Of a stretch of 64,000 bases of DNA, positions 1 to 9,882 are shown piece by piece. Position 1 is the stretch's first letter. Each line of letters begins with the position of its first letter. Both the position numbers and the translations under genes were made by a program. Source of the stretch: Spirochaetia bacterium (GTDB taxonomy: Bacteria > Spirochaetota > Spirochaetia > SZUA-6 > Bin103); the NCBI GenBank assembly GCA_965208575.1, contig CBDBOV010000002.1:1-64000 (forward strand), written 5' to 3'. The notes beneath the pieces are model-generated. The model had not been told where the DNA came from. It did no database searches and saw nothing but the letters and a program-made list of their open reading frames with translations.

Positions 1-889
1 GCGCCAGTTCGGCGATACGCATGTCCAGGTCGGGATCGCCGAGGCGCGCCACCGCCGCGATCACCGTTGCCATGAGCAGATTCTGGTCGCGGTCGTCGAC
101 ATTCGCGAACTGCGCCAGGTGGCCGCGGTCGAGCAGCCTCAGCAGCACCGTCTTGCCGCTCAGGTCGCCGAGCCGCGCCAGCGCCAACGCGGCGTCCCAG
201 TTCACCCCCGGCTCCGGATCGTGCAGGGCGCGCTTGAGCGGCTCTATCGCGGCCGGGTTGCCCGCCAGTCCCATGGCGGTCGCCGCGCCGGAGCGGACCC
301 GCGCCGACTGATCGTCCAGGTAGGGCGACAGTGCCGGCAGCACGGCCGGGTCGCCGAACATGCCGAGCGCCACCAGCAGCATGAAGCGGGTGCCCTCCGA
401 CTCGTCCGCGATGGCGCCGGCGATCGGTGCAATGAACTGCGCGTTGCCGGTGAGCGCCATGGCCTGCGCCAGGTACTGGCGCACCCGCGGGTCGTCGTGG
501 GCCGAGGCGTCGAACACCCCGAGCATTTCGTCCACGAAACGCTGCTCCTCAGGTACCCGTTCCGGGTCCGCGAGAATCTTTGACAACTCGAACGCCGCCT
601 GCCAGCGCTTGGTGGCGCCGCCCACCTTGACGTCCGCGACATAGTCGTACACCGAGTGCGGTTCGTTGGTGAGGATGCGCCAGGTGACCACCAGCAGTCC
701 GGCGAAGATCGCGATCAGGAACGGGATGATGAAGAAGGAATGGATGATGACGCTGATGAACGAGCGCTGCTCCGGCTGCGCGGGTTCACCGCCGGCGCCG
801 CCGGCGGGCGCTCCCGGGGCGGTGCCGTTGGCGCCGGGCTGGTGCGATTCGGGAACGGAGACTTCCGGCGCCTGATCCGCAGGGTCCAT
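1..889 (-). CDS. HEAT-repeat membrane-anchored protein (3' end runs off window)
   Basis: Manual translation from ATG at 889 (not in the ORF track because it is open-ended): one TM segment (IIHSFFIIPFLIAIFAGLLVVTW), then HEAT-like repeats (DDPRVRQYLAQAMA, DQSARVRSGAATAMG, DPEPGVNWDAALALARLG). Confidence 0.8.
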   Translation of the reverse strand, partial: MDPADQAPEVSVPESHQPGANGTAPGAPAGGAGGEPAQPEQRSFISVIIHSFFIIPFLIAIFAGLLVVTWRILTNEPHSVYDYVADVKVGGATKRWQAAFELSKILADPERVPEEQRFVDEMLGVFDASAHDDPRVRQYLAQAMALTGNAQFIAPIAGAIADESEGTRFMLLVALGMFGDPAVLPALSPYLDDQSARVRSGAATAMGLAGNPAAIEPLKRALHDPEPGVNWDAALALARLGDLSGKTVLLRLLDRGHLAQFANVDDRDQNLLMATVIAAVARLGDPDLDMRIAELA

Positions 890-987
890 CGTCCGCTAAT
901 CTACGGCAATAGCGTGCGGCCATCAACCGTCCCTGGCCGCAAAATTGGCCGCAATCTGCGCGTGCCACATGCTACGATGCGGTCGCG

Positions 988-1416
988 ATGGAGCGGTTCC
1001 GCCTGGTGCCGGAAGTGTACCTGTTGCTCATGGACGAGCGTGGGATACTGCTGCTGCGCCGCTGCCGGACCGGCTGGGAGGACGGCAACTACAGCGTGGT
1101 GGCCGGTCATGTCGACGGCAACGAGCCGGCGCGTGCGGCCATGGTGCGCGAGGCGCGCGAGGAGGCGGGCATCGCCATCGCTCCCTCGGCATTGGTGTTA
1201 CGCCACGTCATGCACCGCCGCTCCGACCGCGAGAGCGTCGGTTTCTTCTTCTCCTGCCGTGCGTGGTCCGGCGAGCCGGTCAACCGCGAGCCGCACAAGT
1301 GCGACGACCTGCGCTGGTTCCCGACCGGCGCCCTGCCCGCCAACACGGTGCCCTACGTGCGCCACGCCATCACCTGCACCCTTGCCGGGCAACCCTACTC
1401 CGAGTTCGGCTGGTAA
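988..1416 (+). CDS. Nudix hydrolase
   Basis: Nudix box GHVDGNEPARAAMVREAREEAGI; C-terminal EPHKCDDLRWF. Confidence 0.92.
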   Translation: MERFRLVPEVYLLLMDERGILLLRRCRTGWEDGNYSVVAGHVDGNEPARAAMVREAREEAGIAIAPSALVLRHVMHRRSDRESVGFFFSCRAWSGEPVNREPHKCDDLRWFPTGALPANTVPYVRHAITCTLAGQPYSEFGW

Positions 1417-1429
1417 CGGACCCTCGCCG

Positions 1430-1476
<47 letters not shown>

Positions 1477-1490
1477 GAACTGCTGCCGAC

Positions 1491-1781
1491 CTACGGGTTT
1501 CCGCCCGATGCTATCCCGAAGTGGTGCAGCAGCTTTCTCACATCCGTCCTGAGCGTCGCGAGAGCCGCCTTGATAGTAGCGAAGTCGGCCTTGATGGCCG
1601 CGATGTCGCGTGAATACGCTTCATTCATGTCGCTTGTCGCATCCACGACGTTCGCCGTGGTGGATGCGCCTTGGCTCTCAGAGTGGACCGGGCAACGCAG
1701 TTCGGCTGGGGCTCCGATATGTTCGCCGCTACACATGTGGGCCTCCAGCGCCGCGAGCGCCACGGCCACGTGGAATCGCAT
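1491..1781 (-). CDS. Small hypothetical protein with C-terminal coiled-coil-like segment
   Basis: ORF MRFHVAV...DIAAIKADFATIKAALATLRTDVRKLL; minus-strand TTGACA-N18-CATTAT promoter-like sequence ends 5 nt before this ATG (leaderless-type). Confidence 0.45.
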   Translation of the reverse strand: MRFHVAVALAALEAHMCSGEHIGAPAELRCPVHSESQGASTTANVVDATSDMNEAYSRDIAAIKADFATIKAALATLRTDVRKLLHHFGIASGGNP

Positions 1782-1843
1782 TATGTATAATGACCATTCC
1801 AAAATATTCATGTCAAGCGTCATAAAAGGGTGGTTGGCAGCAG

Positions 1844-2851
<1,008 letters not shown>

Positions 2852-3265
2852 GGCGCCATGATGCCCCGCCGGCAGGACAACGGGCAATTCCAACTTATGT
2901 GGAGGGTGGGAACGCCGAAAGCGGTAGCCGTGGACCGAAAGTGAGATGCATGAGGCAATATGGTGACTCCGTGATATGGAAGACGATGAAACCGATGCCC
3001 GAGCATCGCCGACCCACAGGAATTTCGGACCAGGCAGCGTGCCGTCCCGGCAGATCGTGAGCACGGAAAAAATCGCGAAAAAACTGCGCGCACCCCTTGA
3101 CGCGATTTTCGGGGCTCATGGTGGCTCGCTACGGCCCGCGGCGGTCCCTCCGACTGCCCCGGAACGACTTGGCCTCCGTTGCCGCGACAGCGCCCCGTGG
3201 CGCGGCCTTCCGGGCGCCGTTTCGGCGCAGTCCAGGGCTCGGAAAAATCTGTTATTTCCAATCCC

Positions 3266-3275
3266 ATGTTATACT
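3266..3275 (+). promoter_or_regulatory. Extended -10 promoter (TGn-TATACT) for a leaderless HNH transcript
   Basis: ATGTTATACT ends 7 nt before ATG 3283; no Shine-Dalgarno present. Confidence 0.55.
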
Positions 3276-3282
3276 TATGAGT

Positions 3283-5133
3283 ATGAGTGAGTCGTCTTCG
3301 CCCACCCCCTGGTCCACCGTCGCCGCGCTGCCCGACTACCTCCTGCTGGCGCAGACCCGGCAGCTCGCCCGCCACGAACAGGCGCTGCAGATCCTGGTGC
3401 TCGACCACCTGCGCGAGATCGAGGCGCGCAGCCTCCACCTGACCCGCGGGTATGGCAGTCTGTTCGACTACGTCGTGCACGAACTGGGCTACACCGCGGC
3501 CGCCGCCTGGCGGCGCATCAAGGCGATGCGGCTGTGCACCGGGACCGGCGCTGCGCGTGAGCTGCTGCAGGACGGCTCGCTGAACCTGAGCAACGCGGCG
3601 CAACTGCAGAACCTGTTCGAGCGCAACGACCGCAACCGGGGCCGCCCGCCGGTAAGTACCGGAGCAGGTGGCGCCGTGGGCGGTGCGCCACCGAGTGACG
3701 GCGCACCGGGCGAGCCGGGACCGGCGGCGCCGGCGCGCGGCGGCGAGCACGATCCGGCGCCACCGGCAGCCGGGCCGGTGCTGGACGCGGCGGCGCGGGA
3801 GAAGCTGGTCCGGCAGGCGGCGGGCAAGAGCACGCGCGAAGTGCAGCAGATGCTGGCCGAGGTGGACCCGGAGTTGGCGCAGCCGAGCGACCGGTTGCGC
3901 GCGCTCGGAGGCGGGCGCTGGGAGTTGAAGGCGGCGGTCGACGCGGAGTGCCGGCATGGGCTGGAGAAGCTGCTGATGCTGCTGTCGCACACGGATCCGC
4001 ACCTGACGCTGGGCGGGCTGGTGGCGCGGCTGGTGCGCGACGGCCTGGACCGCTACGACCCGGCTCGGCCACCGCGTGTGCGGCGTACGGGCGCTGGCGG
4101 CTCGGTCGACGGCGCAGGATCCGCGAGCACGCCGGCGCTACCGGTCAGCGGTGAGCTCAACGGTTCGCCGGCGAATCGCCACGCCGAGGCCGAACTCGGT
4201 CGGGCGTCGCGTGCGGTGACGCAGGACGGCGACGGTGGGGCGGTGTCGGCGGCGAAACAGCGTGCGGAGGACGCGTGCGGCGGCGCGAAGTCGGCGGCTG
4301 AGAATGACCTGCCCGGTCCCTCGGCCCCGAAGCGGCCTGCGGAAGTCGAGCATGGCGAAACGAACTCCACGGCGGTGCGGGATATTGTCCGCTGCTCCGA
4401 TTCGGCGCCGAACGAGTCCGCGCCGGTGGGGGACAGAGAGGGGCACACCACTTCGCTGGCGAAGCGCCACTCGGTCACCGGGCACGGCAGCGCGTCACGG
4501 GCGGCGGCGCCGAACAGCGGTGCGCACACCACTTCGCCAGCGAAGTGCCGATCCGAAGCCCAACCCGGGCGCAGGCCGCACGCGGTGGCACGGAACGGCA
4601 CCGGTCCGGCGGTTCCGGCGGCGAAGCGGGACACGGAGGCCGAGCGCGGCGGTTCGAAGTCCGCGCCGGTGCGGGACACGGTCCGGCGCTCGGAGTCGGC
4701 GGCGAAGCGGCTTGCGTACGCCGCCGGGCATGGCGCGGTGGGGCCGGCGGTGCGTTCGCCGGCAGTGGAGCGGCACCTTGCCGCGTTGCGCAGCCTCGGC
4801 GCGGTGCCGGGCTCCCGGTCGCGGTACATCCCGGTAGCGGTGAAGCGGGAGGTGTGGCGCCGCGACCAGGGTTGTTGCACCTATGTCGACCGCCGCAGCG
4901 GGCGGCGCTGCGGCTCCCGCTATCGGCTGGAGATCGACCACATCGTGCCGTTCGCGCTCGGCGGCGGCGCGGAGCCGCGGAATCTGACGCTCCATTGTCG
5001 AGCGCACCACAGGTTGCGCCACGCTCAGCGCCATGCTCACGCCGAGAGTGTGCCGAATGAAGCCCGGCGCGCTCCGGTCTCCGCGGTCGATCCGAACGAA
5101 CACGGGCGCACCGTCGGATCGCATGCGGTGTAA
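3283..5133 (+). CDS. HNH endonuclease with N-terminal helical (DUF222-like) domain and repetitive linker
   Basis: N-terminal LDHLREIEARSLHLTRGYGSLFDYVVHELGYTAAAAWRRIKAMR; C-terminal RYIPVAVKREVWRRDQGCC...DHIVPFALGG...NLTLHCRAHH. Alternative start at 3277. Confidence 0.85.
   Translation: MSESSSPTPWSTVAALPDYLLLAQTRQLARHEQALQILVLDHLREIEARSLHLTRGYGSLFDYVVHELGYTAAAAWRRIKAMRLCTGTGAARELLQDGSLNLSNAAQLQNLFERNDRNRGRPPVSTGAGGAVGGAPPSDGAPGEPGPAAPARGGEHDPAPPAAGPVLDAAAREKLVRQAAGKSTREVQQMLAEVDPELAQPSDRLRALGGGRWELKAAVDAECRHGLEKLLMLLSHTDPHLTLGGLVARLVRDGLDRYDPARPPRVRRTGAGGSVDGAGSASTPALPVSGELNGSPANRHAEAELGRASRAVTQDGDGGAVSAAKQRAEDACGGAKSAAENDLPGPSAPKRPAEVEHGETNSTAVRDIVRCSDSAPNESAPVGDREGHTTSLAKRHSVTGHGSASRAAAPNSGAHTTSPAKCRSEAQPGRRPHAVARNGTGPAVPAAKRDTEAERGGSKSAPVRDTVRRSESAAKRLAYAAGHGAVGPAVRSPAVERHLAALRSLGAVPGSRSRYIPVAVKREVWRRDQGCCTYVDRRSGRRCGSRYRLEIDHIVPFALGGGAEPRNLTLHCRAHHRLRHAQRHAHAESVPNEARRAPVSAVDPNEHGRTVGSHAV
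4164..4766 (+). repeat. Degenerate intragenic tandem array, about 81-bp period, palindromic core TTCG-N4-CGAA
   Basis: Cores at 4164, 4245, 4320, 4401, 4452, 4533, 4614, 4695 and 4755 (spacings 81,75,81,51,81,81,81,60). Confidence 0.8.
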
Positions 5134-5326
5134 GGCCGCGCTCCATCGCGCCGCCGATCCAGTTCGCCAGTCCCCGGATGTTCGCATCCGTGCCATCGAG
5201 CGGGTAGACCATGCTGCAATGACCTGCGTACCGCTTTCCGCGTTCGCACCCTTATGTGGAAGGCGACGGGCACGAGTCACGCGGTGGCGCCGGCGCTGCC
5301 GCTCTCCCGCGCGCATGCCGCCGAGG

Positions 5327-6457
5327 TCAGCGCGCTTCGAGGGGGAGCCAGCGGCGGGCGCGCGGACCGCGGTAGGTCGCGCGCGGGCGCAGCAGCACGT
5401 TGGAGTCGCGCTGCTCGATGGCGTGCGCCAGCCAGCCCACCACCCGGGCTACCGCGAACGCCGGCGTGAACCACTCGCGCCGGAAGCCGACGGCGTGCAG
5501 CAGGAGACCGGTGTAGAACTCCGCGTTGGTGTGCAGACGGGCCTGCGGGCGGTGCTCGGCGAGCACCCGCAGTGCCACCTGCTCGACGGCGCGCGCCTTG
5601 CGGTAGAGCGCCAGCACGTCGGCGCGGCCGGGGACCCGGGCCGCGATCAACTCCTCCAGAGCCGCGGCCAGCACGTCGGCGCGCGGGTCGCGCGTGCGGT
5701 AGACCCCGTGGCCGAAGCCCATCAGCCGCTCGCCGCGCGCCAGCATGGCGCGCAGGTTGTCCGCCGCCCGGTCGACGTGCGCGATGCGCTCCACCATCTC
5801 CAGCGCCGGCCCCGGAGCGCCCCCGTGGCGCGGTCCCTTGAGCGCGGCCAGCGCCGCCAGCGTGCACGACAGCAGGTCGGTGTGGGTGGAGGCGGCCACG
5901 CGCGCGGCGAAGGTGGAGGCGTTCAGCCCGTGGTCCATCATCGCGACCAGGTAGGTCTCCAAGGCGCGCACGGCGGCCGGGTGGGGCGGGCCGCCGCCGG
6001 CGAGATGCAGAAATGCTTCGACGTGGCCGGCACCGGCCGGCGGCAACTCGGGTTTGCCGCCGGCCCACAGGCGGGCGTAGCAGCCGGCTGCCATCATCAG
6101 GCCGGTGACGATCGCCACCGGCCCCGGATCGGACCCCGGCCGGCGCAGGTGGGCGGCCAGCGTCATCAGGGCGTCGACTGGCTCTACCCGGTCCGCGGCC
6201 GCCCGCCGCGCGGCCGCCAGCAGCGCGCCAGGCATGTGGCGCTCCCGCGCGAGCCGCGCTGCGAAATCCGCCAGATCGGCCGCGTTCGGCAGCCGGCGGT
6301 GGAACAGCAGAAAGCACGCCTCTTCGAACGAGCACCGGGGCGCGATCTCGTCGATGGCATGGCCGGCGACCGTCAGCCGGCCGCGCTCGCCGTCGATGTG
6401 TGTCAGCGACGTGGCCGCGACCGTTACCCCGCGCAGCCCGCCCGATTCGGAATCCAT
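5327..6457 (-). CDS. Citrate synthase-family protein
   Basis: DHGLNASTFAAR, GPRHGGA, GFGHGVYRTRDPRA; NAEFYTG where NVDF is canonical. Confidence 0.9.
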   Translation of the reverse strand: MDSESGGLRGVTVAATSLTHIDGERGRLTVAGHAIDEIAPRCSFEEACFLLFHRRLPNAADLADFAARLARERHMPGALLAAARRAAADRVEPVDALMTLAAHLRRPGSDPGPVAIVTGLMMAAGCYARLWAGGKPELPPAGAGHVEAFLHLAGGGPPHPAAVRALETYLVAMMDHGLNASTFAARVAASTHTDLLSCTLAALAALKGPRHGGAPGPALEMVERIAHVDRAADNLRAMLARGERLMGFGHGVYRTRDPRADVLAAALEELIAARVPGRADVLALYRKARAVEQVALRVLAEHRPQARLHTNAEFYTGLLLHAVGFRREWFTPAFAVARVVGWLAHAIEQRDSNVLLRPRATYRGPRARRWLPLEAR

Positions 6458-6488
6458 ACGGGGTAAAGTTCTCGCTCGTTTCGCTATT

Positions 6489-6520
6489 GTCAAGATTGAT
6501 CAAGTAATCAATATATTGAC
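6489..6520. promoter_or_regulatory. AT-rich inverted-repeat operator in divergent promoter
   Basis: ATTGAT-N6-ATCAAT (6495-6512) flanked by GTCAA...TTGAC in a 66-bp intergenic region. Confidence 0.6.
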
Positions 6521-6523
6521 CGT

Positions 6524-7873
6524 GTGGACGAGGTGAAGGATTCGCCGCACTTGACGGCGGCGGACGCGGCGCGCTTCCTGGGCGTGAAGACCGCGACCAT
6601 CTATGCATACGTGAGCCGCGGGCTGATCCGGTCCGAGCGCATCGGGCCGGGGCGCGAGCGCCGCTACCGGCGCGACGACGTGCTGCGCCTCAAGCGGCGC
6701 GCCGAGGTACGCGTCGATCCGAGCAGCGCGGCTCGCCATGCATTCGAACACAGCGCGGCACCGATCCTGGACTCTTCGCTGACCCTGATCACCGAACAGG
6801 AGCTGTACTACCGCGGACTCCCGGTGTCGGTGCTGGCGCGCGCGCACACGTTCGAGCAGGTGGTCGCGCTGCTGTGGTGCGGCGACCTGCAGGCGCCGGT
6901 CGCCGAGCTGGCACGGCCGGTGCCGCCGTTCGTGGAACGAACCTGGGTGCAGTCGGCGGGGCGTCCGCTGGACCCGTGGTTCGCCTTTCAATCGGTGCTG
7001 CCACGGCTGGCGGCCGCGGACCCTGCGGCCGAGGACCTGAACCCCGCCGCCGTCCGGCGCACCGGCGCGCGCATCCTGCTGGCGGAGGTCGCCTGCCTGG
7101 AACGCCTCCCGCCGCCGCCCGGCGGCAGCGCCCGCGGGGGGGCCGGTCCGGATGACGCGCCCGGCGGAGCGGCTGCGCACTCCGCGGCGCAGGCGCGGGT
7201 GGCGGCGGGAGGCGTTCCGGCCGTGGCGCCCGGCGGAATGGTGGCGCGCTCCCTGGCGCGGGCGTGGGGGGTGGCGCCCACCGAGCCGGCCGCCGCCTTG
7301 ATCGAGTCGGCGTTGATTCTGCTCGCCGACCACGAACTGAACGTCTCCACCCTGGCGGCCCGCACGGCCGCGTCGGCCCGTGCCAGCCCCTACCACGCGG
7401 TGCTGGCCGGGCTGGCCGCCGCGCACGGCGCCCTGCACGGCCAGGCGAGTATCCTGGTGGGGGATCTGCTGCGCACCGTGTCCCACCCGCGGCGTGCGCG
7501 CCGGGTCGTGGGCGAGTACCTGCGGTCGCGCCGGCCGCTGCCCGGCTTCGGGCACCGCGTTTACCGCGCCCGCGACCCGCGAGCCGCCGCGTTGCTGCAC
7601 CACCTGCGCGCGGCCGCACCCGCCCATCCGGCCCTTGCAGTGGCGGAGGCGCTGGCCGAGGCGGTCCACGAGATGGTGACCGACGCGCCGGTGAACGTCG
7701 ATTTGCCGCTGGCGGTGCTCGCCGCCGTACTCGGCTTGCCCGCCGGCGCTTCGGAGGCCCTGTTCATTGTCGCCCGCACCACGGGCTGGATCGCGCACGC
7801 GCTGGAGCAATATCGAGCCGGCGGGCTGCTGCGCCCCCGCGCCAGGTACGTCGGCCCTATTCCGGAGCGGTAG
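6524..7873 (+). CDS. HTH (excisionase/MerR-like) fused to citrate synthase-family domain
   Basis: N-terminal LTAADAARFLGVKTATIYAYVSRGLI; CS motifs DHELNVST, GALHG, GFGHRVY..RDPRA, NVD. Confidence 0.88.
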   Translation: MDEVKDSPHLTAADAARFLGVKTATIYAYVSRGLIRSERIGPGRERRYRRDDVLRLKRRAEVRVDPSSAARHAFEHSAAPILDSSLTLITEQELYYRGLPVSVLARAHTFEQVVALLWCGDLQAPVAELARPVPPFVERTWVQSAGRPLDPWFAFQSVLPRLAAADPAAEDLNPAAVRRTGARILLAEVACLERLPPPPGGSARGGAGPDDAPGGAAAHSAAQARVAAGGVPAVAPGGMVARSLARAWGVAPTEPAAALIESALILLADHELNVSTLAARTAASARASPYHAVLAGLAAAHGALHGQASILVGDLLRTVSHPRRARRVVGEYLRSRRPLPGFGHRVYRARDPRAAALLHHLRAAAPAHPALAVAEALAEAVHEMVTDAPVNVDLPLAVLAAVLGLPAGASEALFIVARTTGWIAHALEQYRAGGLLRPRARYVGPIPER

Positions 7874-7983
7874 CACGTCGGGTCGCATATCCGCACGCCG
7901 CTACGAGGCGCAACCGGACGCCTGCAGGACGTCTGCGAATACCGCTTGACAAACGGCCGCCGATCAGTAGGTTTACCTCACTC

Positions 7984-8238
7984 ATGGCGTACATCATCAC
8001 AGAGCCGTGCATTGGCACCTGCGACACCTCGTGCGTCGAGGTGTGCCCGGTGGACTGCATCCATCCGGCGGAAGGTTTCGACGACCCGGCGGACAAGCAG
8101 CTCTATATCGACCCCGACGAGTGCATCGACTGCGCGGCCTGCGTGCCCGAGTGTCCGGTCGATGCGATCTACGAGGAGAGCGAAGTGCCCGACAAGTGGG
8201 CGCACTTCATCGAGATCAACGCCGAATACTTCAGGTAG
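7984..8238 (+). CDS. Ferredoxin (7Fe/2x[4Fe-4S] type)
   Basis: CIGTCDTSCVEVCPVDCI and CIDCAACVPECPV; TTGACA-N16-TAGGTT upstream (7946-7973). Confidence 0.93.
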   Translation: MAYIITEPCIGTCDTSCVEVCPVDCIHPAEGFDDPADKQLYIDPDECIDCAACVPECPVDAIYEESEVPDKWAHFIEINAEYFR

Positions 8239-8291
8239 GGCGGCTGCCCGGCCGGCGGGCGGCACACGGTTCGCGAGGTAACCGGAACGAC

Positions 8292-8627
8292 ATGGCCAAG
8301 ACGGCACAGAATTTCTACAAGTCGATCCCCGAGCTTCCCAAGGCGATGCAGACCAAGCGGCGCAAGCCGAAGCTCATGGCCGTGGTGGACGAGGACAACT
8401 GTACCGGTTGCCAGGTGTGCGTACCGTTCTGTCCGGTCGACTGCATCAGTCCGGTCGACACGGACGTGTATGACAACCGCCCCATTCCGCCGGTGCAGAT
8501 CCGCTTCAACGAGTGCATCGGCTGCCAGATCTGCGCGCGCGTGTGCACCCAGCTCACCTGGGACGCCATTCGCATGCTGCCAACGGCGCAATTCGAGGCG
8601 CAGTACGGCATTACGGTCGAGGGTTAG
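8292..8627 (+). CDS. 4Fe-4S dicluster protein
   Basis: CTGCQVCVPFCP and CIGCQICARVC motifs. Confidence 0.9.
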   Translation: MAKTAQNFYKSIPELPKAMQTKRRKPKLMAVVDEDNCTGCQVCVPFCPVDCISPVDTDVYDNRPIPPVQIRFNECIGCQICARVCTQLTWDAIRMLPTAQFEAQYGITVEG

Positions 8628-8703
8628 GATCCAGCGACAGTGGTCCGCCGGTGCTGCGGACCGCCTTCCGACAGTTCCGTAACCGGAGGTAGCGCGCACA
8701 CCC

Positions 8704-9228
8704 ATGTGGTTGTTCATGTACGTGTGTTACCTGATGGCCGCGCTCACGTACGTGCTGTTCGTGCTCGCCGGTCTGCAGGGCATGTTCGGATTTCCCGTGC
8801 TCGGCGCGCCGCACCCCACCTTCTCGTTCCTGACCGCCATCATCTACTTCTTCACGCAGACGCTGACCATCTTCTTCTTCGTCGGTACCGGCAGCAACAT
8901 CCGCGAATACCTGGAGGCCGCGGCCCGTGCCGATCCGGAAGGGAGCGCCGCGAAGCTGGTGGCGCGGGCACGGCACATCCGCGGCGCGGTGTCGGGCCAC
9001 ATCTATCTCAACATCCTGCTGTTCCTGACCCAGGCGATTCTTGGCGGCGCGGTGGCCGCGCGCGCCGTGCCGCGTTTCCTGCACGGCACGCTGGTGGCGG
9101 TGGCATTCCTGCACTTCCACTACGTGTTGTGGCGCGAGCACCTGGCCTTTCGCGACATGACCGCGGTGGTGGTGGCGATGACCACCGGCGCGCGCCGCGG
9201 CCACCCGGACCAGGCCACGGACGGCTGA
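8704..9228 (+). CDS. Four-TM membrane protein, His-containing
   Basis: Four hydrophobic segments, good RBS (GGAGG), GC3-rich codons. Confidence 0.75.
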   Translation: MWLFMYVCYLMAALTYVLFVLAGLQGMFGFPVLGAPHPTFSFLTAIIYFFTQTLTIFFFVGTGSNIREYLEAAARADPEGSAAKLVARARHIRGAVSGHIYLNILLFLTQAILGGAVAARAVPRFLHGTLVAVAFLHFHYVLWREHLAFRDMTAVVVAMTTGARRGHPDQATDG

Positions 9229-9403
9229 CCCCGCGGCGCAGTCGAGCAGCCCGCGGCGACCCCCCGCTGCATTGAACTGCGTCGACGCATCCCGGCTCGC
9301 GGTGTCACTCTTCGTTCACCTGTGGCCGACGTGCCCGTTCTTCGCCGCGTTCAGCCGCGCGCCGCGCCGCTCTCGGTGCGACGCCGCGTTCCGCCACCGG
9401 CTG

Positions 9404-9595
9404 CTACAGCAGATTCCAGAAGAAGTAGACCGCGAACGCGAGCAGGCCGCCGGCGCTGACGGCCAGGATGACGATCGCGCGGGTGAACGCGCGCCGCCCG
9501 CTGTCGAACTTCAGGATGGTGCGGGCGGGGGCTCGCGCCGCCGCGTCTTCGGCGGTCCGCTCCGGACCGGCATCCGGTTGCGGTGGCACGGCCAT
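9404..9595 (-). CDS. Small single-TM protein
   Basis: MAVPPQP...RAIVILAVSAGGLLAFAVYFFWNLL; TGATG overlap with the upstream ORF. Confidence 0.6.
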   Translation of the reverse strand: MAVPPQPDAGPERTAEDAAARAPARTILKFDSGRRAFTRAIVILAVSAGGLLAFAVYFFWNLL

Positions 9596-9759
9596 CAGCC
9601 GCCGCCCTTGCCGCCGCGCACCAGGAACCAGCCGAGCAGGAACACGCCGGCGGCGATGGCCAGGTCGCGGCCGCGCGGCGTGGCCGGCAGCGTGATCACG
9701 TAGCTCACGCCCAGGTAGGCGAGCGCCGCCGCCTGCAGTATCTTGCCGGCGATCAGCAC
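9595..9759 (-). CDS. Small two-TM protein (54 aa, below ORF-track cutoff)
   Basis: Manual translation from GTG: MLIAGKILQAAALAYLGVSYVITLPATPRGRDLAIAAGVFLLGWFLVRGGKGGG; translationally coupled to the next ORF. Confidence 0.55.
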   Translation of the reverse strand: MLIAGKILQAAALAYLGVSYVITLPATPRGRDLAIAAGVFLLGWFLVRGGKGGG

Positions 9760-9882
9760 GGCGGGGTGCCCCGGCGGTTGACAGCCGCGCAGACCAACAT
9801 ATGATAAAACAGTAGCGTCGATGAGCGCGCGCGGCCAGCGGCCCGCGGCGCGCCGCCACGCTCACTTCCCTCAGGAGACAGT

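Noticed and set aside
2860-3265. Possible structured RNA upstream of the HNH gene
   Set aside because: No recognisable motif or convincing long stem by eye; a covariance search would be needed.
4164-4766. Possible CRISPR array
   Set aside because: Cores are only 12 bp and degenerate, all spacings are multiples of 3 inside an ORF, and no cas genes are present. Kept as a non-CRISPR finding.
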